Made by a program: the position numbers and the translations under genes. Source: Spirochaetota bacterium (GTDB lineage: Bacteria > Spirochaetota > JAAYUW01 > JAOAHJ01). Taken from it: a stretch of 64,000 nt of DNA. The DNA lies in NCBI GenBank assembly GCA_026415295.1, contig JAOAHJ010000026.1, positions 11,638-75,637 on the forward strand, given 5' to 3'. Shown here piece after piece: positions 21,399 to 31,697 of the stretch (the first letter of the stretch is position 1; the number at the start of each line of letters is the position of its first letter). Under the pieces are notes generated by a model. The model did not search any database. It worked only from the letters and a program-made list of their open reading frames with translations, and was not told the DNA's origin.

Positions 21399-22517
21399 TC
21401 ATACCTCTTCATAATAAGTATCAGGATTATCTGGATCAAAAATTTCATTTGCCCAAAAAACTGTTATCAAATCTCTATCGCCTATATTTGTTATGTTATG
21501 AGTATATCCTGGAGGAATATCAACAATTTTACAATCTTCTCCATCTACTATAATAGAATATTTTTCATTATTCAAAATATTCCTAAAAGATATTTTTGCT
21601 TTACCTTCAACTACACAAAATTTTTCAACTTTAGTATGATGATAATGGTTGCCTCTTGTAATCCCTGGTTTAGTCCTAGAAATAAAAATTTGTCCTGCAA
21701 AATTAGATTTAATAAATTCAAATAAATAACCTCTATTATCCTCATTTTTTATTGCTTTATATTCTAAATTACTTAAATCATAATAAGAAATCAAAGTAGA
21801 ATAAAGATACTTTTCAAATTTATTTTCAAAATTTGGTAATATATTATTCTCCCTTATTTTAATAAAATTTTTTAATAATTCTGCTAATTTAGCTAAGCTG
21901 ACCTCATAAAATGGAGTAGGATAAATAATTGAATCTACAACATCTAAATCATTTTCATAAATATGTCTTATTAAATTTTTAATAACATCATCTATATATA
22001 TAAATTTAATTACTTTTTCTGGATCATTAATAATAATTTCTTTATTATGCGTTAAGTTATAACAAAAAGTAGCAACTACAGAATTATAATTTGGTTTACA
22101 CCATTTACCAAATACATTTTGAAATCTATATATATAAACTTTATTACCTGTTCTTTTACTATAATTTAATAATAATTCCTCAGCTTCTTTTTTTGTTTTT
22201 CCATAAAGATTATCAAGTTCTGCTTGTATAGAAGAAGAAAATACAATTTTACATACTTTATTAAATTTTTCAAGAAAATTTATTAATTTGTTTGTAAGTT
22301 CAACATTTCCATAAAAATATTCAATTTCATTTTGTGGTCTATTTACACCAGCTAAATGGTATATAACATAAAAATTATTATTTTTTATTATTTCATCAAG
22401 TGTTTCAAAACTATTTATATCATATTCAATTATATTTAAGTTAATGTTTTTTTTTAAAAAAATTTTTAAATTCTTTCCTATAAATCCATTTGAACCTGTT
22501 ATGAGAATATTCTTCAT
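21399..22517 (-). CDS. fnlB: FnlB/WbjC/Cap5F reductase with cupin domain
   Basis: HLAGVNRP, NVFGKWCKPNYNSVVATFC, RGNHYHHTKVEKF, IPPGYTHNI. Confidence 0.93.
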   Translation of the reverse strand: MKNILITGSNGFIGKNLKIFLKKNINLNIIEYDINSFETLDEIIKNNNFYVIYHLAGVNRPQNEIEYFYGNVELTNKLINFLEKFNKVCKIVFSSSIQAELDNLYGKTKKEAEELLLNYSKRTGNKVYIYRFQNVFGKWCKPNYNSVVATFCYNLTHNKEIIINDPEKVIKFIYIDDVIKNLIRHIYENDLDVVDSIIYPTPFYEVSLAKLAELLKNFIKIRENNILPNFENKFEKYLYSTLISYYDLSNLEYKAIKNEDNRGYLFEFIKSNFAGQIFISRTKPGITRGNHYHHTKVEKFCVVEGKAKISFRNILNNEKYSIIVDGEDCKIVDIPPGYTHNITNIGDRDLITVFWANEIFDPDNPDTYYEEV

Positions 22518-22523
22518 ATTTAT

Positions 22524-23552
22524 TTAGACTCCTTCATCCTCTTCATTTCTTAAAGCTTTCTGGATATATTCCAAATCTAATAAAATTTTCTTTAACTCTT
22601 CATTCGTTAGTCTTTTAGTATTATGTGAGTTATACTCTTCAACCTCTTCAATTTTCTTATCACCTTCATCAAAATATTTATGATAATTTAAATCTCTTGT
22701 ATCAGCAGGTATTCTATAGTAATCACCTAAATCAATAGATATTGCTGCTTCTTCTTTAGATAATAAAGTTTCATATAATTTTTCACCATGTCTTGTTCCA
22801 ATAATTTTAATTTCATTTTTAGCATTAAATATTTCAAGTAAAACTTCAGCTAATTGCTTAATAGTTGCTGCAGGAGCTTTCTGTACAAAAATATCACCCT
22901 GCTTTGCGTTATTAAAAGCAAACATAACAAGTTCAACTGCTTGCTCAAGACTCATAATAAATCTTGTCATATTTGGATTTGTAATTGTAATCGGCTCATT
23001 ATTTTTAATTTGCTTTACAAATAAAGGAATCACAGATCCTCTTGAAGCCATAACATTTCCATATCTAGTTGCTGTTAAAAGAGTTTCATCCTCTCTTAAA
23101 TTTCTCGACTTAGCAACCATTACTTTTTCCATTAAAGCTTTTGACATTCCCATTGCATTTATTGGATAAACAGCTTTATCTGTTGATAAAACTATAACTT
23201 TTTTTACTCCGCAATTTATTGCAGCATCTATTGTGTTTGCAGTTCCAATAATATTAGTTTTAACTGCTTCTAACGGATAAAATTCACATGAAGGTACCTG
23301 TTTTAAAGCAGCTGCTGCAAATACATAATCTACTCCTCTCATTGCTGAACAAATAGAATCATAATCTCTTACATCTCCTATATAATATTTTATTTTATCA
23401 TTTTTATATTTATGTCTTAGATCATCTTGTTTTTTCTCATCACGGCTAAATACCCTTATCTCTTTTATATCAGTTTGAAGAAATTTTTTTAATACTGCAT
23501 TTCCAAAAGAACCAGTACCACCAGTTATTAGTAAAACCTTATCTTTGAACAT
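22524..23552 (-). CDS. fnlA: FnlA/WbjB/Cap5E UDP-GlcNAc 4,6-dehydratase/5-epimerase
   Basis: GGTGSFG, SRDEKKQ, ALKQVPSCEFYP, RYGNVMASRGSV, YNSHNT. Confidence 0.95.
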   Translation of the reverse strand: MFKDKVLLITGGTGSFGNAVLKKFLQTDIKEIRVFSRDEKKQDDLRHKYKNDKIKYYIGDVRDYDSICSAMRGVDYVFAAAALKQVPSCEFYPLEAVKTNIIGTANTIDAAINCGVKKVIVLSTDKAVYPINAMGMSKALMEKVMVAKSRNLREDETLLTATRYGNVMASRGSVIPLFVKQIKNNEPITITNPNMTRFIMSLEQAVELVMFAFNNAKQGDIFVQKAPAATIKQLAEVLLEIFNAKNEIKIIGTRHGEKLYETLLSKEEAAISIDLGDYYRIPADTRDLNYHKYFDEGDKKIEEVEEYNSHNTKRLTNEELKKILLDLEYIQKALRNEEDEGV

Positions 23553-23573
23553 ATATTCTCCTAAAACTTATAT

Positions 23574-24812
23574 TTATATATAATTTTTATAAATATTATA
23601 TATTATATTAGCATTATTTTCTAAAATAAAATATCTCTTAAAATAATTTAATACATTGTCAGAAATTTCTAATAGTTTATTTTTATTATTAAATATATTA
23701 TTATATATATATTCAATTTTATTAGCTAATTCTTCTTCATTTAATTCATTAACAGTAAAACCATTATAATTATCAAATATTTCATCATCAAAAATAGGTT
23801 CTTTTAATGTTACTATAGATGGTATACCATATTTTGCAGCCTCAAATACTGGCCTTCCTATAGCAAATAAATTAGTTGTAAATAACAATAAATCAATTTT
23901 TTTGTAAAAATCATCATTATTCTTAATAAAACCCAAATATTTAACATAATTAGTTAAATTTTTCTTTTCAATAAACTCAAAAATATATTTTTCCATATCA
24001 AAAAATAAACCTAATATTTCAACTATTTTTTTGAAAAATTTATTTTTAAATATTCTAGAATTTTTTCCAGCTATATAAAGTTTTATTTTATTTAATTTCT
24101 TTTCATTAATTAAAATATCTATAGCTTTTAAAATAGTATCTATTCCTTTAGCTTTATATAGAACACCTATAAAACCTAAATTAAAACAATCTGATAATAA
24201 ATTTACATTTTTTAATTTATTAAAATAATAATTATTATTATCATTAAATTCTATACCATTATGCACTACTAAAGTTTTATAAAATAGTGATGCATTTAAA
24301 CTATTTTTTACTCTTTCATCTATACATATTATTTGATCAACATAATTTTTTAAAATATTAGTAAATACTTTTCTCCTAATCCCTTTTTTATTAGATTGTA
24401 TAGCTCTAATATGAATTAATATTTTAATTTTTTTAAATAATTTTTTCAAAAAAAAACAATAAATAAATAAATTTCCTTCATTTAAATGAATAATTTTAAC
24501 ATTTTCTTTTTTAATAATTTTTATTACTTTTATTAAACTAGGAATAAAATAAAACAATTCTCTAATAAATACTAACCACCTAATACCTTTATAGTAACTA
24601 TATTCTGTATTATCAAATTGTGAAAGCCATTTAATAATATATACTTTAAACCCATTATTTTTATAATAATTAATTACTTCTCCTTTAGATGTTAAAACTA
24701 TTCCTTCTACATTATATTTAATTAACTCCTTATATAATAGTACCAGACTTCTTGATGAACCTCCTATAGTAGGACAAGTATGTAAATACAAAATTTTTAT
24801 TTTATTACTCAT
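23574..24812 (-). CDS. Glycosyltransferase family 4
   Basis: GGSSRS, HNGI, KGI, GRPVFEAAKYGIP. Confidence 0.8.
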   Translation of the reverse strand: MSNKIKILYLHTCPTIGGSSRSLVLLYKELIKYNVEGIVLTSKGEVINYYKNNGFKVYIIKWLSQFDNTEYSYYKGIRWLVFIRELFYFIPSLIKVIKIIKKENVKIIHLNEGNLFIYCFFLKKLFKKIKILIHIRAIQSNKKGIRRKVFTNILKNYVDQIICIDERVKNSLNASLFYKTLVVHNGIEFNDNNNYYFNKLKNVNLLSDCFNLGFIGVLYKAKGIDTILKAIDILINEKKLNKIKLYIAGKNSRIFKNKFFKKIVEILGLFFDMEKYIFEFIEKKNLTNYVKYLGFIKNNDDFYKKIDLLLFTTNLFAIGRPVFEAAKYGIPSIVTLKEPIFDDEIFDNYNGFTVNELNEEELANKIEYIYNNIFNNKNKLLEISDNVLNYFKRYFILENNANIIYNIYKNYI

Positions 24813-24817
24813 TTAGA

Positions 24818-26092
24818 TTAATCCTCTAATTCTTTTATTTCGTTTTTATAAATTAAATAACCATATAAAAAACCTATAAAAGGATGAGCTAAAGGAACTT
24901 GTGAAATAAAAATTAAGTTAAAAAATAATATTAATAAAATAGTATTTTTTATTTTTTTATAATTTTTAATTAATAATATATTAATTAAAAAAATATATGA
25001 TAATCCAATTAATCCTAGATTAAATAAAACACCCCCCCATAAAGACTTTATTCTTGTTCCGTTATAAATAAATTTTAATTTTAAAAAATCAATTTTATTA
25101 TCATTTAATGTGCCATTTATATAGTACAACCAATCACCAAAAAAGTGAGGTAATCCAAAATTTTCAAAAAAGCCCTTAAATGATAAAAAAATATCCTCTA
25201 ATCTATCTAAGGCACTTTCATCTTTCAAAAAAAATAATAAAGGATTTTTTAAAATTCTAAAAAAAATATCATAAATTCTAGTATTTTTTAAAAAAGAAAA
25301 GGAAATTAAAATTATTAAGACAGAAAAAAATACTAGAAAATAAAATAAAATAATATTATCATATTTTAATTTAATTTTATTATATATAAATAAAACAAAA
25401 ATGATCAATAAATAAAGAAGAATAACCAATATAATGGTAAAAACATATATTGCACTCTTTGCAATAAATAATAATTGAAATAAAATTATTAAAATTAGTA
25501 CAACTTTTATTTTTAAACTATCAAAAAATTCAACAGTAACCCATATAAAAAAAACCAGCATAAGTCCATAATAACTAGGCTCTGGTGCAAGACTTGTGGA
25601 ACCTCGTTCAGGACTTGTCGATAATCTTGGTAAAATAGTTTTAATTTGATCATAAAAAAAATATTGTAAAACACCAAAAATAAGCCAAATAAAAATAACA
25701 AAAAAGAAAAATTTTTTTAAATTTAAGAAATTATATTTTTTGAAATAAATATAAACAGATATTGAAATGCTTAAAACAGATATATATCCACCAATTTCTC
25801 TTATTCCATAAATATATTCCGATGAAAAAGGAAATAAAAACAAAGACATTAAAAAAGGAATTATTAAATATACAAAATAATTATTCAAATAAAATAGATA
25901 TGGTAAAAACAGAAAATTTAATATTAAAGAAATAAATAATGCATTTGGCTGAGTATCAGTTTTAATTATATTAAAAATCTTTAAATAAGGGAAAAAGATA
26001 AAAATAAAAATAACAAAAAATAGAAAATAAAAAAGTTTTCTTTGAAAAAATATAATATTATTTTTATAATTCTGGAATTTTAAATTTATCAT
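24818..26092 (-). CDS. wzy: Probable O-antigen polymerase Wzy
   Basis: Highly hydrophobic (about 10-11 TM), R..SLAPEPSY and DESALDR motifs, located inside an O-antigen cluster. Confidence 0.7.
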   Translation of the reverse strand: MINLKFQNYKNNIIFFQRKLFYFLFFVIFIFIFFPYLKIFNIIKTDTQPNALFISLILNFLFLPYLFYLNNYFVYLIIPFLMSLFLFPFSSEYIYGIREIGGYISVLSISISVYIYFKKYNFLNLKKFFFFVIFIWLIFGVLQYFFYDQIKTILPRLSTSPERGSTSLAPEPSYYGLMLVFFIWVTVEFFDSLKIKVVLILIILFQLLFIAKSAIYVFTIILVILLYLLIIFVLFIYNKIKLKYDNIILFYFLVFFSVLIILISFSFLKNTRIYDIFFRILKNPLLFFLKDESALDRLEDIFLSFKGFFENFGLPHFFGDWLYYINGTLNDNKIDFLKLKFIYNGTRIKSLWGGVLFNLGLIGLSYIFLINILLIKNYKKIKNTILLILFFNLIFISQVPLAHPFIGFLYGYLIYKNEIKELED

Positions 26093-26153
26093 TTTAATAA
26101 ACTCTAAAATTTTTAATTTATTATTTTAATAATTTTCTTTAAGGTTTACTTTT

Positions 26154-27305
26154 TTAAAAACTCTTTTTTATTTTATAATATAATATTTTAAATATGTTCC
26201 ATAATCTTATCTCACTACCATATAATTTATGAGGTTTTTCTGGTCTTCTTAAATAATTTTCTAAGCCCTCTTCTTTCCATCTCATTTTCTTTATAAAATA
26301 TTCTATATCTTCTATTAAATCTTTCTCTTTTGGATATGGTATCTCTTTAAGTAATTTCTCAGCTTCCTCTTTTTTCATCTGTCCTGTCAATATTAATGTA
26401 GATAAATGATTTTTCCTCTTATCTACCCCAAATTTTACTGGCAATATAAATCCTTGATAAAACCTTGTAAAAATAGATTCATAATGCTTATATGGATATG
26501 GTTTATATTTATATTTCTCTTCCAATATCTTTAACGCATCAAATTTATTATATTCAGGCAAATAATCTAAAAATGATATCCATTTTATTCCTCTGATGAA
26601 TTCATACATTACAAAATCTATCGTCCCTATTGCTGGAAATGTCTTTATTTTAACTTTCCCTCTCTTAGCTAAATTGTAGATATTTGTTTTATCCCATTTA
26701 AACCAATTCCAATTTATAGGCATCTTCATTCCTTCTGTAGAACTATTTGTACCTGCTAATATATACTTTACTCCAAAGTTCTTTGCTTGCCCATAACAAA
26801 CTGCTAACATTGCATTATCATACAATAACTCTATATCTATTACATCTGCATCAAAAAATGCTTGCATCAACCCCCTATACTCCTCCCAATCTATTACATG
26901 TGTATATAAATCTACTCCTAATCCTTCTACTAAATTTTTTATGTTATTTGCTGCTAATTCACTATCCCATCCATTATCCATATGTGCTGCTAATGGTCTT
27001 AATCCTAACTCTTTTACTTTTACAAGTGTATATGAACTATCAACCCCTCCACTTATACCTACTATACAGTCATATCTCTTACCTTTTCCTTCTTCTTTTA
27101 TCTTTTTTACAAACTCCTCTAAACTTAAATCTATCTTCTTCTTTGGAGTTCTTATTACTTCTAAAAAATCATCGCAATAATTACACCCTGTTTCTGTAAA
27201 TATTATACCTTCTGCTGTCTCATCCATTAAACATCTTTTGCATCTCCTTGTCTTTTCATTTATTTCTATAAGCTTCTCTTTTAATAATTTTACATATTTT
27301 TCCAT
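26154..27305 (-). CDS. wbuX: WbuX/WbpG N-acetyl sugar amidotransferase
   Basis: CKRC..D, CNYC, YDCIVGISGGVDSS, KHYES.FTRFYQ, DKRKNHLS. Confidence 0.92.
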   Translation of the reverse strand: MEKYVKLLKEKLIEINEKTRRCKRCLMDETAEGIIFTETGCNYCDDFLEVIRTPKKKIDLSLEEFVKKIKEEGKGKRYDCIVGISGGVDSSYTLVKVKELGLRPLAAHMDNGWDSELAANNIKNLVEGLGVDLYTHVIDWEEYRGLMQAFFDADVIDIELLYDNAMLAVCYGQAKNFGVKYILAGTNSSTEGMKMPINWNWFKWDKTNIYNLAKRGKVKIKTFPAIGTIDFVMYEFIRGIKWISFLDYLPEYNKFDALKILEEKYKYKPYPYKHYESIFTRFYQGFILPVKFGVDKRKNHLSTLILTGQMKKEEAEKLLKEIPYPKEKDLIEDIEYFIKKMRWKEEGLENYLRRPEKPHKLYGSEIRLWNIFKILYYKIKKSF

Positions 27306-27308
27306 ATT

Positions 27309-28070
27309 TCATTCTCCTAATATATTTCTTAAATCTTCATATTTTGGATAAGATATAACAACTGCTCTATGTGGCATATGAAACACAAACATTCCGCCAG
27401 CACCACAAGCATGAGCTCCTGCCTCTTTTGCAAATTTAAAATCATTAACATTTCTTGCTCCACCACAAGCAATAGTTGGAATTTTTAATTTTGAAGAAAT
27501 ATATTTTATTAAATTAAAATCATATCCTTCAAAGGTTCCATCCCTATCTATATTGTTTATAATTATTTCTCCAACTCCAAGTTGTTCCATTTTAAGTGCT
27601 AATTCTAAAGCTTCATAGTTTGTCTTTTCTGTTCCACTTTTAATATAGACCTTATATTTTCCAAAAAAATCTTTTTTTACATCTAAAGAAAACACAATAC
27701 TTTGATTTCCAAAAGAATCAGCAAGTTTTTTTATCAGATCAAAATTTAAAACTGCATAAGTATTTAATACAACTTTTTCTATACCTATTGAAAATAATTT
27801 TTTAGCATCTTCAAAACTTTTAATTCCTCCTCCATAACTAACTGGCATAAAAGCTTCGGATACAACTTCTTTTAGAAATTCAAAATCTATTTCTTTATTC
27901 AATTTAGAAGCTTCAATATCTAAGATAACTATTTCATCAACTTCTTTATCATTAAATATTTTAACAGTATTTATAGGATCACCAACATATTTATGATCTT
28001 TAAATTTTATCCCCTTATAAAATCCTCTATTTTTCATTAATAAAACAGGAATAATTCTTGTTTTTAACAT
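27309..28070 (-). CDS. wbuZ: HisF2/WbuZ cyclase-like subunit
   Basis: RIIPVLL, YVGDPINTVKIFN.KEVDE, MPVSYGGG, IDRDGT. Lies next to wbuX with no other his genes. Confidence 0.9.
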   Translation of the reverse strand: MLKTRIIPVLLMKNRGFYKGIKFKDHKYVGDPINTVKIFNDKEVDEIVILDIEASKLNKEIDFEFLKEVVSEAFMPVSYGGGIKSFEDAKKLFSIGIEKVVLNTYAVLNFDLIKKLADSFGNQSIVFSLDVKKDFFGKYKVYIKSGTEKTNYEALELALKMEQLGVGEIIINNIDRDGTFEGYDFNLIKYISSKLKIPTIACGGARNVNDFKFAKEAGAHACGAGGMFVFHMPHRAVVISYPKYEDLRNILGE

Positions 28071-28105
28071 TTTAGCCTCTTAAAAAAAATATAGATTTGA
28101 CATAT

Positions 28106-28735
28106 TCAATATCTTTCTATAAAATTTTTTAATAGTTGCATTCCAAATTTATGACTTTTTTCAGGATGAAACTGGACACCAATTATGTTTTCTTTCTCAA
28201 AAGAAGAAACAAAATCATATCCATAAAAAGTTGTTGTTAATATATCTGTTAAATCAAAACAATTAACTGCATAAGAATGAACAAAATAGAATCTATTTTC
28301 TTGATTTTCCATTCCATAAAATAATTTTGAATTCTTTCTTAAATTAACTATATTCCATCCCATATGAGGTATTTTTAAATTTTTATTTTCAATAGCTGTA
28401 AAATTAAATTTTTTTGTCTCGGCATTTATCCAGCCAAATCCTTTCTCTTTTCCTTCCTCACTTGATTTTGTCATAAGTTGCATTCCAAGACATATCCCCA
28501 ATATTGGAATTTTTTTAATTAACACTTTTTCATTTAATATATCAAAAAGATTTAATTCTTTTAAGTTATTTATTCCATTATCAAAAGCCCCAACTCCTGG
28601 TAAAATAAGCTTTGTAGCTTTATTAATATCATCAATATTTGAAGATATGATCGCAGAATATCCAGCTTTTTTTACCATGTTCAAAATTGAACCTGGATTT
28701 CCTAAATTATAATTTATAATTGTTATAAAATTCAT
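28106..28735 (-). CDS. wbuY: HisH2/WbuY glutamine amidotransferase
   Basis: LPGVGAF, GICLGMQ (Cys), PHMGWN, QFHPEKS (His/Glu). The catalytic triad is intact. Confidence 0.92.
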   Translation of the reverse strand: MNFITIINYNLGNPGSILNMVKKAGYSAIISSNIDDINKATKLILPGVGAFDNGINNLKELNLFDILNEKVLIKKIPILGICLGMQLMTKSSEEGKEKGFGWINAETKKFNFTAIENKNLKIPHMGWNIVNLRKNSKLFYGMENQENRFYFVHSYAVNCFDLTDILTTTFYGYDFVSSFEKENIIGVQFHPEKSHKFGMQLLKNFIERY

Positions 28736-28783
28736 TTTAAACCCTTTTCTTAAATAAAAAATTTAATTTTTTAAAAAAAATTA

Positions 28784-30004
28784 TCATTTTAAATAAAATA
28801 AATTTAACAATTTATCAAAATCAATTATTTCTAAAAAGTTTTCCTGCAATAAATTTAAATAATCAACAAATTCAGGATCAGAACTAATATTGCTATCTAC
28901 AAAATATGTTTTTATTTTATAGTTTAAACAGTCAAGGTATACTGCACTATTTCGAGTAATATGAATATCAACATATTTTAATATTAAAAATAATGGAACA
29001 TTACTCGAAATTTTAAAATCCACAAAATCACTATAATTATTTAATTTATTTTTTAAATAATCTATCTTTTTTAAATTACTTAAATCCAAAGGATGTAATC
29101 TAATAAAAAATTGATACTTATTTCTTAAAATATCTTTCTCGGCTATTTTATTTATAAGATCAATAATATTCTCTAAAAATATATTTGAAGAATTATCCCA
29201 CTGTAAAGTTATTAAAATTTTTATTTTTTCTTTGTTTATTATTTTATTAATATTATTAAGTTCTTTCTTATAAAAATCTATTAAATTAAAATAATAATTA
29301 GTATCTTTCAATTTTTCAATATAATTTTCAAAATTATTAAAAAAAACATAATAAGGATTTTCTATTAAAATAACTTTAAAAAAATTTACAAATTTACATT
29401 TTCTTATTTCATTATTTAAAATAAATTCACTAATTTTATCAAAAACTATAAAACCAGAAGGCATCTTATAAGAATCTGAATTTTCTTTTAAATATCTTCT
29501 AATACTTGATTGAATAAAACCATGTTGAATATCATATACTTCTACACCTATTAATTTTGAAGCTTTGCAAATAAATTCATTAGGTTGAATTCCTATAACT
29601 TTATTAATATTATTATTAGTAAGAATTTTTTTATAAAAATTGACTATTAACTTATCATTTTTAGTTATTTTATATATAAATTTTAATACTATATGAAAAA
29701 AATTAATTTTTTTTGAATTAAAAAGTGTTTTCTTTTTGCTAAAAGGTTCTAAAATAGTAATAAACTTTTTATTAAAATTAATTTCATAAAAATAATAAAT
29801 TTTTAAACTATCTATTATTTGAGAAAAATAAAAATTATTAATTTTAATACCAAAATCACCATCATTTAAAGTAAATAATATTTTATTAGAGCTTTCATTT
29901 TCTTTAATAAATAAACTCTTAAAACAAAATATATAATCCGTATAAAAAATTGACAAAACTAAATTTTTTATTAATTTAAAAAATTTTTTTTTATTAAAAA
30001 TCAT
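28784..30004 (-). CDS. Putative nonulosonic-acid (Leg) transferase, GT-B-like
   Basis: IQHG, ITLQ, IRLHP, IT.NSAV..D motifs as in CMP/CDP-donor GT-B transferases. Located in the Leg cluster. Confidence 0.5.
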   Translation of the reverse strand: MIFNKKKFFKLIKNLVLSIFYTDYIFCFKSLFIKENESSNKILFTLNDGDFGIKINNFYFSQIIDSLKIYYFYEINFNKKFITILEPFSKKKTLFNSKKINFFHIVLKFIYKITKNDKLIVNFYKKILTNNNINKVIGIQPNEFICKASKLIGVEVYDIQHGFIQSSIRRYLKENSDSYKMPSGFIVFDKISEFILNNEIRKCKFVNFFKVILIENPYYVFFNNFENYIEKLKDTNYYFNLIDFYKKELNNINKIINKEKIKILITLQWDNSSNIFLENIIDLINKIAEKDILRNKYQFFIRLHPLDLSNLKKIDYLKNKLNNYSDFVDFKISSNVPLFLILKYVDIHITRNSAVYLDCLNYKIKTYFVDSNISSDPEFVDYLNLLQENFLEIIDFDKLLNLFYLK

Positions 30005-30022
30005 AATTTTTATAATATTATT

Positions 30023-30718
30023 TTAATTATTTTCAAATATAATATTAATTATTTCATTATATAAAGCTAAGTGTCCTTCTTTATTTAAATGTATTCCATC
30101 ATCTAATAGCAAATTTTTATCTAAATTTTGCAAATCAATTACTTTAATATTATCATCTTCTTCTTTAATTTTATCTATAACTTTGTTATAATTATTTATT
30201 GTACAATTAAACATATATGATTTCTTTTCATTTTTTTCATTTGTATTTAATATTTTTATTAATATAATTTTAATATCTTTTACATTTTCTTTAGAATATT
30301 GTATTATTTTTTTTAAATTTTCATAATATTTATTTATTTCAACATAATGGATTTTTCTGAGCTTAGTTATAAAATATCTATATTTACTAAATAAGTTCAC
30401 TAAAAAATTTCCAAAACCAAATAAAAATTTATTTAAAAATGGTATTAAAAAATATGTTTCAAATCTAGTAAAAACCCTTGGCGCACAATCTACAATTCCT
30501 AAATGAATTATTAAAAAATTTGGTTGTAAATATAATATATCTTCTTTTAAATTTTCTTCTCTAGATTGCATATTAGTATCATTTGCTCTTTTTGACCTAT
30601 TAATAACCAAAATGTTTTTATAGGTACTTAATAAATATGGATATGTATCTTCAAATAAAATATTATTTTCTGGCCTAGGCAAGGATAAACTATCTCCTAA
30701 TATAACAATTTTAATCAA
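30023..30718 (-). CDS. SGNH/GDSL hydrolase (putative O-acetylesterase or acyltransferase)
   Basis: GDSL, HLGIVD, DGIH. TTG start overlaps the upstream stop codon. Confidence 0.85.
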   Translation of the reverse strand: MIKIVILGDSLSLPRPENNILFEDTYPYLLSTYKNILVINRSKRANDTNMQSREENLKEDILYLQPNFLIIHLGIVDCAPRVFTRFETYFLIPFLNKFLFGFGNFLVNLFSKYRYFITKLRKIHYVEINKYYENLKKIIQYSKENVKDIKIILIKILNTNEKNEKKSYMFNCTINNYNKVIDKIKEEDDNIKVIDLQNLDKNLLLDDGIHLNKEGHLALYNEIINIIFENN

Positions 30719-31674
30719 TTCTTAATACCTCCAATTTTTTGATAAATTAACAATTTTTTTTCTAATTCATCTATGGTACATAAAAGATCATATAATTTAT
30801 TTTTATTCATTAATGCTTCTAACATCTTTTTTAAACCTGGTTTAAATTTAATATCATCTTCATCCTCATTAATAATTTCTAACTCTCTACCAAAATTATC
30901 CTTTTGAATAGTTAATTTTTCTAAAGGGCATAGAATTAATTTAAATTCTTTACAATAAATTTCAATTAACCACCTTCCTTTAGATAGCCAATTTGAATGA
31001 TAAATAAAAGGAATATTTTTTTCAGATACTCCTAATCCATAATAAATATAATAATTATAATTTTCACTTTTTTTTGTAAAAAAAGCATTTAATATTTTTG
31101 GATTACCTATAATATTTAATACTAAATCTATAACATGAGATGAATTTGATATTATTAGATTTTGCTTAATAAGTTTTGGGTAATTTATTTCATCTATTCT
31201 TTCTAAAATTTCATTAAAAGAAAAAAATAAAGATTCTATTTTATTGGTTTCAATTATCTCTCTAACTTTTAGCACAGATGAATAAAACCTCCTATTATAT
31301 GCAATAAAAAAGTTTTTCTTTTTATTTTTTGCTATTTTATTTAACATTTTTGCTTCTTTAATATTTAGGCAAGCTGGTTTTTCAGATAATATTAAATTGC
31401 CAAGATTTGAATTTAAAATCAATTTATTAATATAAAATAAATTTTCTACATTTACTGTATTAATTATTAAATCAAAAAATATTTTATCATTATAGTTTAT
31501 TAAAAAATTTTCAAAACCCCCAATAAAAGTATTTTGAATATTAAAATTATTTTTCATTTTTAATATATTTTTTTCATTTCTTCCTACAATATATATATCA
31601 TTAATATTTAAACCTTTTAAGGTCTTATAATATTCTTCACACATATATCCTGCACCGATTATTAAAACTTTCAT
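30715..31674 (-). CDS. Gfo/Idh/MocA oxidoreductase
   Basis: IIGAGYM, SEKP, AYNRRFY, SSHVID. Confidence 0.85.
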   Translation of the reverse strand: MKVLIIGAGYMCEEYYKTLKGLNINDIYIVGRNEKNILKMKNNFNIQNTFIGGFENFLINYNDKIFFDLIINTVNVENLFYINKLILNSNLGNLILSEKPACLNIKEAKMLNKIAKNKKKNFFIAYNRRFYSSVLKVREIIETNKIESLFFSFNEILERIDEINYPKLIKQNLIISNSSHVIDLVLNIIGNPKILNAFFTKKSENYNYYIYYGLGVSEKNIPFIYHSNWLSKGRWLIEIYCKEFKLILCPLEKLTIQKDNFGRELEIINEDEDDIKFKPGLKKMLEALMNKNKLYDLLCTIDELEKKLLIYQKIGGIKN

Positions 31675-31697
31675 ATTAATATCCTTTTATTTTTTTA

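Noticed and set aside
27309..28735. hisF/hisH as histidine biosynthesis genes
   Set aside because: They are adjacent to wbuX with no other his genes, which fits the LPS-associated WbuZ/WbuY paralogues.
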